Part shown: positions 28,401 to 34,799 of the stretch, piece after piece
Layout of the letters: each line of letters begins with the position of its first letter
Numbering within the stretch: the first letter of the stretch is position 1
DNA from: Candidatus Omnitrophota bacterium
GTDB taxonomy: Bacteria; Omnitrophota; Gorgyraeia; Zapsychrales; Fredricksoniimonadaceae
Assembly (NCBI GenBank): GCA_043742785.1
Contig: JAYTXU010000063.1
Location: forward strand, 7,997 to 71,996
Length of the DNA stretch: 64,000 bases
Direction: 5' to 3'
The notes under the pieces: model-generated
The model's database searches: none
Told to the model about the DNA's origin: nothing
What the model saw: only the letters and a program-made list of their open reading frames with translations
Translations under genes and position numbers: made by a program

Positions 28401-31400
28401 TTAAAGGAATTTATTATCCATTAAGTTATTTATTAGACCGCAAGGTTAATGTTAAAAGTTTTGGAAAGCCAACTGATTTCGGGGCTGGTTATAAGAAAGA
28501 AAAATTAACGAGTGCTCAGAAATGGTATCGAACAGGTTTTTGGGCATCCGTGATATCGGCTAAGGTAGCCTGGGATATTTTCCTTATTCATCATTTTCTT
28601 ATTCCTCATCAGGAAACAATCGGCGCAAGTTATTATCCGGTCATTTTTGGTCATGAAATCCCCGTTAATATGAATTTATTATTGATGGGAATGCAGTGGT
28701 CAACGAGCGCTCTATTTCTTTATGTCAGTAATTTTGCGGCTAATTATTTGGTTAAACCATTTTTTACTTATATTCATGGTTCCTTAAGAGGATTAGGAAC
28801 AATTAAAGAATCTAAGCAAATTCTCGCCCTTCAAAAAGAAGGTATTTTGGATCGTTTGATTGAACAGAAGCTTCTTGTCAAAGGAGGAGCTGGATTAACG
28901 GATGAACAGCGCCTTGCTGCCAGAAGAGCTATTATCAAGTTAGCCTTTGATCAGCATCGTTATGTCAGAGACGAAGTCAGCGATGAGGAATACAAAATAG
29001 CGATTGAGGAAGGACGATTAGACCATATTAAGATTGAAGATGTTCAAAAAAGTGTCACTCAATCGGTGAATGCCTTACTGATGGAAATGCCGCGTATGCC
29101 TCATCCGGAAGACAATACACCAATCACAGTCTTGAGCCCTGTGTTTGGGGAAGATATTATTTATGCCTATAACAACAGTGTTCTTCCAACAACCTTGGAT
29201 ATGATGCTTAACACCGGCTATACAAATCTTAATTTTATTATTTCAAAAGCCCCGCAGCGTTGGAAGAATCTTATTGAACGTGTCAGAAGAGATAAGATAG
29301 GGACAGAAGAAGAATGGCTACGCATGGAAGCTTTATTGGATCAAAATGGATTGCTGGGAGAAATCAGTGAAGATTTAAAAATGCAGATTCGTCTTTGGGC
29401 TTCCTATGAAGGGCAGCCCTTTGCACGCACATTAGATGGACTTATGAATATTGTCAGATGGCATAAGCTTTATTTAAAGCTTTCTTTTCCAACCTGGAGT
29501 GAAGAACAGATTCGAGAGAGGACCAATTATGATGTCCAAATCCTTTGGGCTTATCAGATTTGGGGAGATGTTTTAAATGCAACTGATGCAAAACCAGAGC
29601 TGCAGTTAAAGAAAAAAGACACCCTTTATTTATTAAAGAAATACTACGATGAATTAGGGTATTTAGTTGAGATTGCCTCTTTACAGATTAGAAACGGAGT
29701 CAGTGTCAAGGTCTTGTCTCGATATAATCCAACAACAGAGCAAATTGAGGATATTGCAGATATTCCCAACACTGAGAATAAAGCTATCACACTTGAAGGA
29801 AAACCATCCAATCAAATGCACGCCCAAACCTTTGCTAGAAACAAGTTTCGATTTACTATTGATATGAATCAGGATTTAGACCCGCTTGAAGCGATGAAAA
29901 TTCCTATTATCATTCAAGAGTTTAAAAATAAGAATGTGGCTCTTGTGAATACTCCAGAAATGATTTTTACAGGCAGTTTTACGAAGACCGGTATGTTCCA
30001 TGCAATTTCTGATCGTACCTTTGTTACTTCTGATAAAAGACATATGGGGATTAACACTTCAGCTTCTCATCATGGCCATCCAGATGTGGGGACAGATGTC
30101 TATGATATGGAAGATGGCGGTCTTTCCTCGACTGTTGCTGTTTCTGAGGATTACAAGCGCGGTATTCGATATATGTTAAGAGGAAGAACTATTTTAAACA
30201 GAGAATATATGCAGTGGAAAAAAGCAAGAGAGCTTTCCTGGACAGGAACAGATGGTATTTGGCGCAAATTTTCTATGGGGGCAGCCCAGCTTCTGCTTGG
30301 TCGTTATGCCCACTGGATGAATAAATCCTTTGGACCGGTGGCTGGAGCTGGAGAATTTTATTCGGGGCCTCATTTTTATACTTTAAATACGATTGCAGCT
30401 CTTGGATTTTTTGTGTATACCCTTAATGTCATGATTGGAGGAATTAGTCCATTTACAGCATTTCCAGCGCCCGCTGTAACGACAATTACGAGTGTTTTTT
30501 GGATAGGGCAGGCGCTTACGGTTATTGGATTCACGCAGATGGCCTTGGAATCTGGATTTAAGAAAGCTTTTACTACATTTGCTAAAATAATGCCTTTTAT
30601 GGCGCCTTTTTATATTGCTCATATTTTCACCTATCAGGCAGGGCTTCTCTCTGGGCTGGCTGGTCTGGCTGCTTATGTTGTAACCGGACGCGGATTTAAT
30701 AGAGAGAATTTTGAAGTGGATAAATTATTAAAAGTATATTCTAAATCTCACGTTGCTATTGGGGTGATTGGTCTTACTCTTTCAGGCCTTGCTTATTCTA
30801 TATGGAGAAATGAAACATTTTTATTATCTTCGGTGACTGTGCTTTCCTTTCTTTTTCCTGCGGTGATACCTTTTATTATGAATCCAGGAAATTATCCCAT
30901 TTATGGGGTCACGGTTAGAAGATCCGCAGAACTCTTTAAAAAGAATTCCAGCAGCAGTGTAAAATCTTTAAAGAAAACTATTTGGGATGAAGGATTGGCT
31001 CAAGGAAATATTCGAAAGGCTTTAGTAGATGGTATTCCGGAAGCTGTTTCATTTGGAGTTTGGTTTGGTATCACAGCTCCTGTGGCTCTTCCTGGCTTAG
31101 TAATCAATAAGATTAAAGGTGCGCCAGAATATCCTGGACAAGTTCAAGCAGTTGTTGAAACAAAAGAGGAAGATAAAGCCATGCTGACAGCGCAGCCTAA
31201 AGAAGAGGCTACTTCTGGTGGTATTGATCTTTCTAAGACAACTGTCAATGTTGTTTCTCTCAGAGGGTCTATTCAAATAGCCTTTGATGATTCCGATATG
31301 TTGCATTTGTTGTTGAACGCGGATGGTCTTGCCCCTATAATTTATGATATTAAAATGATGACACCAGCCATGGCTGATCATTTCGTAGGTCTGGATTATT

Positions 31401-31402
31401 GA
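19439..31402 (+). CDS. Giant multidomain protein (3,987 aa): signal peptide, long extracytoplasmic region with clan GH-A glycosidase domain, C-terminal FKS1/callose-synthase-like (GT48) glucan synthase module
   Basis: Uninterrupted 11,964-nt ORF; N-terminal signal-like MTRGKIYKKSIVWLVLVAFLLNTLIGAQPVQA; GH motifs GNELN (E at 24224-26) and VAETG (E at 24515-17); GT48 motif block HHGHPD...GG...SED.......LRG.....EY.Q..K.R.L (30068-30232) and TGRGF (30683-30697); TM clusters at ~aa 2600, 2950-3100, 3620-3870. Confidence 0.85.
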   Translation: MTRGKIYKKSIVWLVLVAFLLNTLIGAQPVQADVPFLPAPGQLVPLTASFSSPMICGLKFFKDNPFKFNFVMTQGDQASGENSFNRKVFLKEEASRLVKYFLASLAIPEKDMWVNLSPYDSNRIIPQEFGITEMGKDMLAQDYLLKQVASSVMYPEGSVGKEFWSKIYREAYKRFGTTNIPVAAFNKVWIIPGQATVYEDAIDNTAVITESKLKVMLEEDYLALSKSTIKDHIEKSSDANRQLSNELIREIILPLIEKEVNEGKNFATLRQVYNSLILAFWFKNKLKEGLLAKGYFGQKKVNGVDVNDKNIDQEIYKQYLKSYKKGVYNYIKEELTPTNEVVPRKYFSGGVIFGDYIEKSFAMISGKEAAKAASAVLQNGVVTFEAGVEAIVGDKTRLESSTIGGLRESGLVQDGDTVIRIKLNGVQKYNEKVRKSLIERIIVLKKVFGLYVRPFKRILPAITVGVFLLAAANSASAKGSEDLMQHGSKKAEIKQVVASSIDIQIQKLSEKIGADQNAVDNMSAKGGTLMMNFDKVQKLKAQIKIEKEQLKEIQGAKPKGSVAPQEILPVKNVQPVSVDTHMGSVSIATPSSVDVPGSVVPTVVVPVDHDSNLNVQPQRTAPTTTVATITPTSTGDTPGLIKAPGNQIQPKVLSGDALDHNNLLPDQGAAPTIDTQHGAAAGPGAPPPDQLDQGLNLNTQVSGAPPAAVQVATVTSGISTGSTNMYSSQLDEEAAVKQANLLEEQVLLSQLQKSSADQDALKLKIAEDMQLIQNYHLALPNYKPVPLPYQKAGMTPPIASFTPDNVSIALLDYKINQTLRTIKKPIKNNPFAHGALSMNNNAPFASVPVVSVGVGTSFSIVPDVPFAGLINLTQIVGGLPQLGQQGVMSQVLGPAVAVDILANLRNYVVMHPTKGQDVRYDARMTPFKGVVESLTVHVTPAVSFDQEGHRVEKNLYRVGIVKTLGAVAGKVDSLLGDKGLFGHSSDHFIFQNLGYQIKVDDYHQAFTYQAAVNQDTNTSYINAYNIEDSTTRYRENTHHGWDLVDSSTPLDSHLDYYSATVHGFILHADSTTGTMTGQGDVFTSSTFITDAFAKQIAQQDGQTIVGRSYLSTNSVLVEPISSLKDLNLEKQLSKGVDKNGHLIWGVLRNHLGHIVKLIIDPRELNDTSSLTDDSGNSVRFIPGKAYKASSTTGEIGSTIRDYTIDEFRIVGEVKGMFKKNTVADKYGHYDLSERPQLPELPSELKSLVSGNGLILESSVSLKAIYQTARNYYGVVYFADGRVPAVLTGLKNVKTIGSLDEKNGVTRLPNGLYTLSRFKKNLDGNALVLLDGKKQVIAVVDASDKLKQERIKNLHGENKRIDDHKVTLTTLKDGGIEAEDHRVLDPESGKPQFTIFTKGNTFTPEQTAFNAANPQQIHLERELADLAIKGQAITIPVEGSNRQRWIILEKAPTSQLKRLEQSSQQVAPVRNIKVETLTGPDGKVFHGVTIDTEMFGADDIQKLNSLGATAVRTYYPISKKLAVLLATQTQVKTIIVGIPLNSKAYNPENLSNFWGDTVGDPDERVSLENSSKYISYLKQLAATLDGNAKIVVDLGNELNLHPDWIGVTNNGSDLGRFFRKVDKHATDIKAVLGDSVTTSFTLGDNPIDFVTALTNAPNVQYWGVNSYRGIDGLENDWMKATKEAGVFRPFYVAETGNNSNAGEAVQAEADVHAWKTAEGKMGVSVLLMTLQDNPKKMANNKQENFGLYDQYGKPKAGVRKITEAWGEAATSTTAPILFDDTLTGVNEHYALVRLRSNHPAGTTAEEVVKQLKTERVRVSDLDRLAPALGKLGVEILKIDSQGNTVGRYVKMFGDGYQLWENVSIEANMNKYFQINRNDGKGSEYVSLDDLKSPSTQEAIRQVADEVTMMDMNQHVMARVFLNKNFNGSRIEVLQDNHTSSIFELASFSPTDLSGPVAKTVSINPKDSKDGFLHVITTDLRQVNQGVQVEDVYKPVTGGKPVLLYSDRFLQNNRIYFKDGHEYYSVLIDASHKDGQTVTIDGQTTENVTGIFDFNKDSNSGYHVNLRNLDKNGGFAPIRFTKFKDGQINVDQTGFVKIRQGMDRKAILDNVVRSSVLNMTDVYRYRPDGQIDTREVSFLNNGQWQLNWTLKGADIAVQPVLVSQLSSNQVIAEAFAKYKIDKDTILIETIKTDTDGVVSKDYRILGDILEKKIISVIEQGGGVIKTIVGLNFDNTTGEQILSYTLSSDGQVQSLSRTVPNELSYQQLLPQGVETTYAQFMEKHLNVQGANYWNELEQRGVSRSFVPVVVEEIPFLVQTDKPGANSFKSIEPKIRPLVEAYTKASAQDRPALLKQISDTVRQYHQESNTAHYTQEQGQPTYHYLSPPNDSRGRDYITKTSDGDISLNIWPLEGKGNFPANILPASIVVNQSTGELQRTMVFDHHEKLQFQNFQNEPYELGVNVYKVSDDLSLKEATFTSLGDPISKTTLYQRNRVANGIFGVQTRGEETIAFDPLFPYSLPLAGTLDEDGRLTKATLHLEFSVENGHQKIVETSLVNEPTAPGDFRVKTQTIVDGKPISGTLHEEGTLLGYRKSMEANWKVFAVYPALILGLIISGDLLKKIRFNRIKKALAEEATNAALEETSEPPKEREIVYPSWQEYGFSKGALAVAARRYEGTIVPMLKKESIEDVLKEYFRGYQIWRKQVMGIEEPFIPTIEDLWVMFLRDADNDILNADVPDGLNYLMHKAVEARKINPVAADIGGFIRKEYTRWHNIIEIQQTTFQGLSGGKMKNVVPYDYYFTVEDLNEMFRTRKNVEWYDDLGYSLDRKADRRSSIYNDFIASLREKVKAAKAGIEAMADSVGGNVFRMKRKVADVAEYQEYVQFFTRVQKGEYTVSDNFTSTEISAEQANLLINNKPFIRKTFAESGSWVGKMPLPLRMIKPLAQFIRNSYNQLTYPIILTSTVGAYVAAYDGIIGWGTATLAAAISLVVIKGIYYPLSYLLDRKVNVKSFGKPTDFGAGYKKEKLTSAQKWYRTGFWASVISAKVAWDIFLIHHFLIPHQETIGASYYPVIFGHEIPVNMNLLLMGMQWSTSALFLYVSNFAANYLVKPFFTYIHGSLRGLGTIKESKQILALQKEGILDRLIEQKLLVKGGAGLTDEQRLAARRAIIKLAFDQHRYVRDEVSDEEYKIAIEEGRLDHIKIEDVQKSVTQSVNALLMEMPRMPHPEDNTPITVLSPVFGEDIIYAYNNSVLPTTLDMMLNTGYTNLNFIISKAPQRWKNLIERVRRDKIGTEEEWLRMEALLDQNGLLGEISEDLKMQIRLWASYEGQPFARTLDGLMNIVRWHKLYLKLSFPTWSEEQIRERTNYDVQILWAYQIWGDVLNATDAKPELQLKKKDTLYLLKKYYDELGYLVEIASLQIRNGVSVKVLSRYNPTTEQIEDIADIPNTENKAITLEGKPSNQMHAQTFARNKFRFTIDMNQDLDPLEAMKIPIIIQEFKNKNVALVNTPEMIFTGSFTKTGMFHAISDRTFVTSDKRHMGINTSASHHGHPDVGTDVYDMEDGGLSSTVAVSEDYKRGIRYMLRGRTILNREYMQWKKARELSWTGTDGIWRKFSMGAAQLLLGRYAHWMNKSFGPVAGAGEFYSGPHFYTLNTIAALGFFVYTLNVMIGGISPFTAFPAPAVTTITSVFWIGQALTVIGFTQMALESGFKKAFTTFAKIMPFMAPFYIAHIFTYQAGLLSGLAGLAAYVVTGRGFNRENFEVDKLLKVYSKSHVAIGVIGLTLSGLAYSIWRNETFLLSSVTVLSFLFPAVIPFIMNPGNYPIYGVTVRRSAELFKKNSSSSVKSLKKTIWDEGLAQGNIRKALVDGIPEAVSFGVWFGITAPVALPGLVINKIKGAPEYPGQVQAVVETKEEDKAMLTAQPKEEATSGGIDLSKTTVNVVSLRGSIQIAFDDSDMLHLLLNADGLAPIIYDIKMMTPAMADHFVGLDY
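23843..24745 (+). other. Domain within giant protein: clan GH-A (beta/alpha)8 retaining glycoside hydrolase-like (GH5/GH17/GH72/GH128-type motifs)
   Basis: beta1 HGVTID; GATAVRTYY; acid/base-like VVDLGNELNLH; nucleophile-like FYVAETGNN ~97 residues later. Confidence 0.55.
27230..31399 (+). other. Module within giant protein: FKS1-like (GT48) beta-1,3-glucan synthase (TM1, cytoplasmic N-domain, ~5 TMs, catalytic domain, C-terminal TM bundle)
   Basis: Motif-by-motif match to fungal Fks1 with identical spacings for HPD-9-GG, ED-8-LRG, LRG-5-EY and EY.Q..K.R.L, with TGRGF ~170 aa downstream; NP-containing helix in the C-terminal TM bundle. Confidence 0.7.
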
Positions 31403-31423
31403 TTTTAAACGACGGAGGATTAC

Positions 31424-31705
31424 ATGAAAATAAAATTAAGAAAAATATCTACAAAATCGTTTATTCTAATTTTTTCCAGCATAAATGTCATTGCTGGTTT
31501 TATTTTAGGTGCTGTCGTAACGATAGGTTCATTAATCGTTCCTTCTGAACCAGGTTCTGGGCCTGGAGCATGGTCTATTTTAGTTTTTCCTATTCTCAAT
31601 GGTATTTTAGGCTTAGCAGGGGCTTTATTTCTTTCTGGAATGTATAATGTACTTGCTAAATATTTAGGTGGGATTGAATTAGAGTTTGAGACTTTAGAAG
31701 GTTAG
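31424..31705 (+). CDS. Small 2-TM membrane protein (93 aa) immediately downstream of the giant gene
   Basis: Starts 22 nt after the giant-gene stop; two hydrophobic helices separated by PSEPGSGPGA; followed by a terminator. Confidence 0.5.
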   Translation: MKIKLRKISTKSFILIFSSINVIAGFILGAVVTIGSLIVPSEPGSGPGAWSILVFPILNGILGLAGALFLSGMYNVLAKYLGGIELEFETLEG

Positions 31706-31733
31706 AATATTCATATCTAGATATTGAGTTTAT

Positions 31734-31768
31734 AAATAGCCGCATAAGGGATAAGCGGCTATTTTATT
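31734..31768 (+). terminator. Rho-independent terminator (8-bp stem ATAGCCGC/GCGGCTAT, 11-nt loop, TTTATTTA tail)
   Basis: Perfect inverted repeat 31734-31741 / 31753-31760 followed by a T-rich run. Confidence 0.65.
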
Positions 31769-31922
31769 TAGTGGATCTTTTAGGGACTCATTGACGGATA
31801 TTAGGGCTGATGTTAGAATACGCGATTCAATTGACACAATTTGGACACACAGCACAAATTGTAGAGTTATAAGAAGATTAAAAATGTTGGAAGTTGTTTT
31901 AAATGTATTATTTATTAATTTA

Positions 31923-31996
31923 CGGGGCGTAGCGCAGTTGGCTAGCGCGCAACGTTCGGGACGTTGAGGTCGACGGTTCAAGCCCGTCCGCCCCGA
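31923..31996 (+). tRNA. tRNA-Pro (anticodon CGG)
   Basis: Cloverleaf by eye: acceptor CGGGGCG/CGCCCCG, D-arm GCGCAGTTGGCTAGCGC, anticodon stem CAACG/CGTTG with loop TTCGGGA, T-arm GACGG-TTCAAGC-CCGTC, discriminator A; no encoded CCA. Confidence 0.85.
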
Positions 31997-32014
31997 TTTT
32001 ATTTCTACAAACTT

Positions 32015-32284
32015 ATGGTTCGAATCCATGTCATATTTTCCGGCACCGTGCAAGGTGTCGGTTTTCGTTACACCGCCCAACGCTTTGCTGAGGGATTAAA
32101 AATCACAGGATGGGTTAAGAATTTGTCAGATGGCTCTGTCGAGCTTGTCGCTGAAGCTTCACGCGAGCAGCTGGAGAATTTGCTTTATAAACTAGATAAG
32201 CAATTTGAGGCAAGGATTGGCCATAAGGATATTGACTGGCTGGAAGCTAGAAAAACATTTTCAGGGTTTGATATTGCTTATTGA
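32015..32284 (+). CDS. acyP: Acylphosphatase
   Basis: MVRIHVIFSGTVQGVGFRYTAQRFA... matches acylphosphatase signature VxGxVQGVxFR; the ORF-track start at 31964 would overlap tRNA-Pro, so the ATG at 32015 is preferred. Confidence 0.8.
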   Translation: MVRIHVIFSGTVQGVGFRYTAQRFAEGLKITGWVKNLSDGSVELVAEASREQLENLLYKLDKQFEARIGHKDIDWLEARKTFSGFDIAY

Positions 32285-32287
32285 TCT

Positions 32288-34282
32288 ATGATACTCGCTC
32301 AAGCTAAAAAAGAAATTCAAGATCTTTGCTTCAAGATAGAAGGGCATAATCATCGCTATTATGTGATTAATCAGCCATCTATTTCAGATGCGGAATATGA
32401 TAGTCTTTTAAAGAGGCTGATTGATTTAGAGGAGAAATATCCTCAGTACAAATCTTCAGTTTCTCCTAGTCAAAGGGTAGGAGCTAAGGTGGAAGGTAAT
32501 TTGCCTACAGTTACACATCCTCTTAAAATGCTTTCTTTGGATAACACCTATTCTGTTGAGGAAATTAAATCATGGTATGAACGGGTGATCAAAGGATTGG
32601 CAGGAGTTAAACCGGCGTTGAGTTTAGAACCAAAAATTGATGGTGTCAGTCTTGCTTTGACCTACCGAGATGGGGATTTAGTTTTAGGAGCAACCCGGGG
32701 GGATGGAAGTGTGGGGGAAAATGTTACACATAATGTAAGAACGATTCGATCGATTCCTTTAAAACTTAAAGGTAAGGTTCCCTCTCTCTTGGAAGTAAGA
32801 GGCGAGGTGTATATGGACAAGGAAGATTTTACCAAGCTTAATTATCAGCGTAAGGAAAATGAAGAAGAACTTTTTGTTAATCCCCGCAATGCAGCCAGCG
32901 GTGCGTTAAAGCTTCTGGATGCAAGGTTAACCAAGGAACGTCATTTAAAGTTTTTTGTTCATTCATTTGGGGTTTTAGAAGGCTCTAAACAGCTTAAAAC
33001 TCAGGTGGAGTTTTTAAAAGAATGTAAGGATTATGGATTTGTTGTTAATTCTCACAGTAAGATCTGCAATTCTTTAGAGGAAATAATTGAATTTTGTCGC
33101 CAGATGCAGAATAAAAGACAGGAGCTCGCCTACGACGTGGATGGTATTGTCATTAAGGTAGATGATTTAAAGAATCAAGCTAAGCTTGGCAGTACGAATA
33201 AGAGTCCAAGATGGGCGGTGGCTTTTAAGTTTCCTGCGTATCAAGCTAGTACGGTTGTTCGTGAAATTTCAGTCCAGGTTGGTCGCTCCGGTGTGATTAC
33301 ACCAGTCGCAGAGCTTGATCCTGTTTTTTGCGGCGGGGTAACTATTTCTAGAGCTACTTTACATAATTTTGATGAAGTTGGTCGCTTAGGGGTTAATGTT
33401 GGGGATAAGGTTTTAATTGAGCGGGCTGGAGATGTTATTCCAAAAATTGTTAAAGTTACTGAGAAACATTCTAAAGGAATATTTTCTACTCCTAAGAAAT
33501 GTCCATCTTGTGGATCAAATATTATTAAGGAAGATTTAAAACAGGTTGATTATCGTTGTGCGAATCTTTCCTGTCCTAAACAATTAGAGATGGGGCTCTT
33601 GCATTTTGCATCCCGTGGAGCGATGGATATTGAAGGTTTAGGTGAGGCAGTGGTGGGGCAGGTTTTAAATCAGGGATTAGTGAAGAAATTCTCTGATGTT
33701 TATCGTCTTCAAAGAGAAGATTTGCTTAAGTTAGATTTGGTTGCTGAGAAAAAGGCAGAAAATCTTTTAAAAGCGATTGAAGGAAGTAAAAAACAATCTT
33801 TATCGCGATTGATTTATGGGTTGGGTATTGCTAATATCGGAGAGAAGACTGCTTCTGTTTTGGCTGAATCCTTTGGTTCTATCGATTCTTTGCGAAAGGC
33901 TACGGAGGAGCAATTAACAGCTATTCGTGAAGTGGGTCCAGTCACAGCAGTTTCTATTGTTAATTATTTTGTTCAGCCTCAGGTACGTGTTTTAATTGAT
34001 GATTTTCAAAGTCTGGGATTAAACATGACAGAGGCAAAGAGACAGAAATCCAATAAGTTTTTGGGTAAGAAATTTGTCTTTACTGGCGAATTAAAAGGTT
34101 TAAGCCGTGATGAGGCAGGAGAAATGGCTAAAAAAGAAGGAGCGGAAGTCGTTTCTTCAGTCAGTTCTGCAACTGATTATGTTGTGGTGGGTGAAAAGCC
34201 GGGTTCTAAACATACAAAGGCGTTACAATTGGGTGTTACAATATTAAATCAAAAACAATTTGAGGAGTTAATCCATGGTTAA
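32288..34282 (+). CDS. ligA: NAD-dependent DNA ligase
   Basis: Adenylation motif KIDGVSLAL (KxDG), OB fold, Zn-finger Cys cluster (CPSCGS...C), HhH and C-terminal BRCT; 664 aa. Confidence 0.9.
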   Translation: MILAQAKKEIQDLCFKIEGHNHRYYVINQPSISDAEYDSLLKRLIDLEEKYPQYKSSVSPSQRVGAKVEGNLPTVTHPLKMLSLDNTYSVEEIKSWYERVIKGLAGVKPALSLEPKIDGVSLALTYRDGDLVLGATRGDGSVGENVTHNVRTIRSIPLKLKGKVPSLLEVRGEVYMDKEDFTKLNYQRKENEEELFVNPRNAASGALKLLDARLTKERHLKFFVHSFGVLEGSKQLKTQVEFLKECKDYGFVVNSHSKICNSLEEIIEFCRQMQNKRQELAYDVDGIVIKVDDLKNQAKLGSTNKSPRWAVAFKFPAYQASTVVREISVQVGRSGVITPVAELDPVFCGGVTISRATLHNFDEVGRLGVNVGDKVLIERAGDVIPKIVKVTEKHSKGIFSTPKKCPSCGSNIIKEDLKQVDYRCANLSCPKQLEMGLLHFASRGAMDIEGLGEAVVGQVLNQGLVKKFSDVYRLQREDLLKLDLVAEKKAENLLKAIEGSKKQSLSRLIYGLGIANIGEKTASVLAESFGSIDSLRKATEEQLTAIREVGPVTAVSIVNYFVQPQVRVLIDDFQSLGLNMTEAKRQKSNKFLGKKFVFTGELKGLSRDEAGEMAKKEGAEVVSSVSSATDYVVVGEKPGSKHTKALQLGVTILNQKQFEELIHG

Positions 34283-34799
34283 ATGCTTTTTAAATCGAAG
34301 AATGTTAATAACTGTTGCAACCATGCTTATTTTTACAATAAGTTTGTCCTCCTGCGAACCTTTACGTAAGAAATTTACACGTAAGAAGAAGCAAGATCAA
34401 AATCAAAGCATTGATTTTCAACCTGTACTTGAACCTCAAGATTATCCAGCACCAGATAAGGATCCTAAACAGATTTATATGCAGCATTACGCGCTTATTA
34501 AAGTTTGGTATAAGGATCTGTGGTCTGGAATTAGCGAGCGTAGTTCCGATGGTGCGGTTAATTACAGTTTAAAGCAGATTTTTGGTCATATTGATCAAGT
34601 AAAGCTTCTTTTGAAAGCAGATAAGGCTCAAGAACTCAATCAATTAGTGGAGTTATTGAAGTTTTATAGAGATTCTTTGGATCAGCCTCGACCTGTGCGT
34701 AATTATTCGCGCATTCAAAGCGATTTACGCGCTTTTGACCGCATGTTGAGGGGGAAATTTCGATATGATGTGATTAAGGATAATTTAATTACTCAATGA
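34275..34799 (+). CDS. Hypothetical lipoprotein (174 aa)
   Basis: Lipobox ISLSSC; 8-nt overlap with ligA end. Confidence 0.5.
   Translation: MVKCFLNRRMLITVATMLIFTISLSSCEPLRKKFTRKKKQDQNQSIDFQPVLEPQDYPAPDKDPKQIYMQHYALIKVWYKDLWSGISERSSDGAVNYSLKQIFGHIDQVKLLLKADKAQELNQLVELLKFYRDSLDQPRPVRNYSRIQSDLRAFDRMLRGKFRYDVIKDNLITQ

Noticed and set aside
20674-31381. Many short ORFs on both strands inside the giant gene (e.g. 20674-20919 -, 25212-25514 +, 31097-31381 -)
   Set aside because: All lie within or antisense to the continuous 11,964-nt reading frame; none has independent support.
31730-32080. 116-aa minus-strand ORF
   Set aside because: Runs antisense through the terminator, tRNA-Pro and the acyP start; it is an artefact of the six-frame track.
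31964-32284. ORF-track start of the acylphosphatase gene at 31964
   Set aside because: That start would overlap tRNA-Pro (31923-31996). The in-frame ATG at 32015 gives the canonical acylphosphatase N-terminus, so the gene is called 32015-32284.
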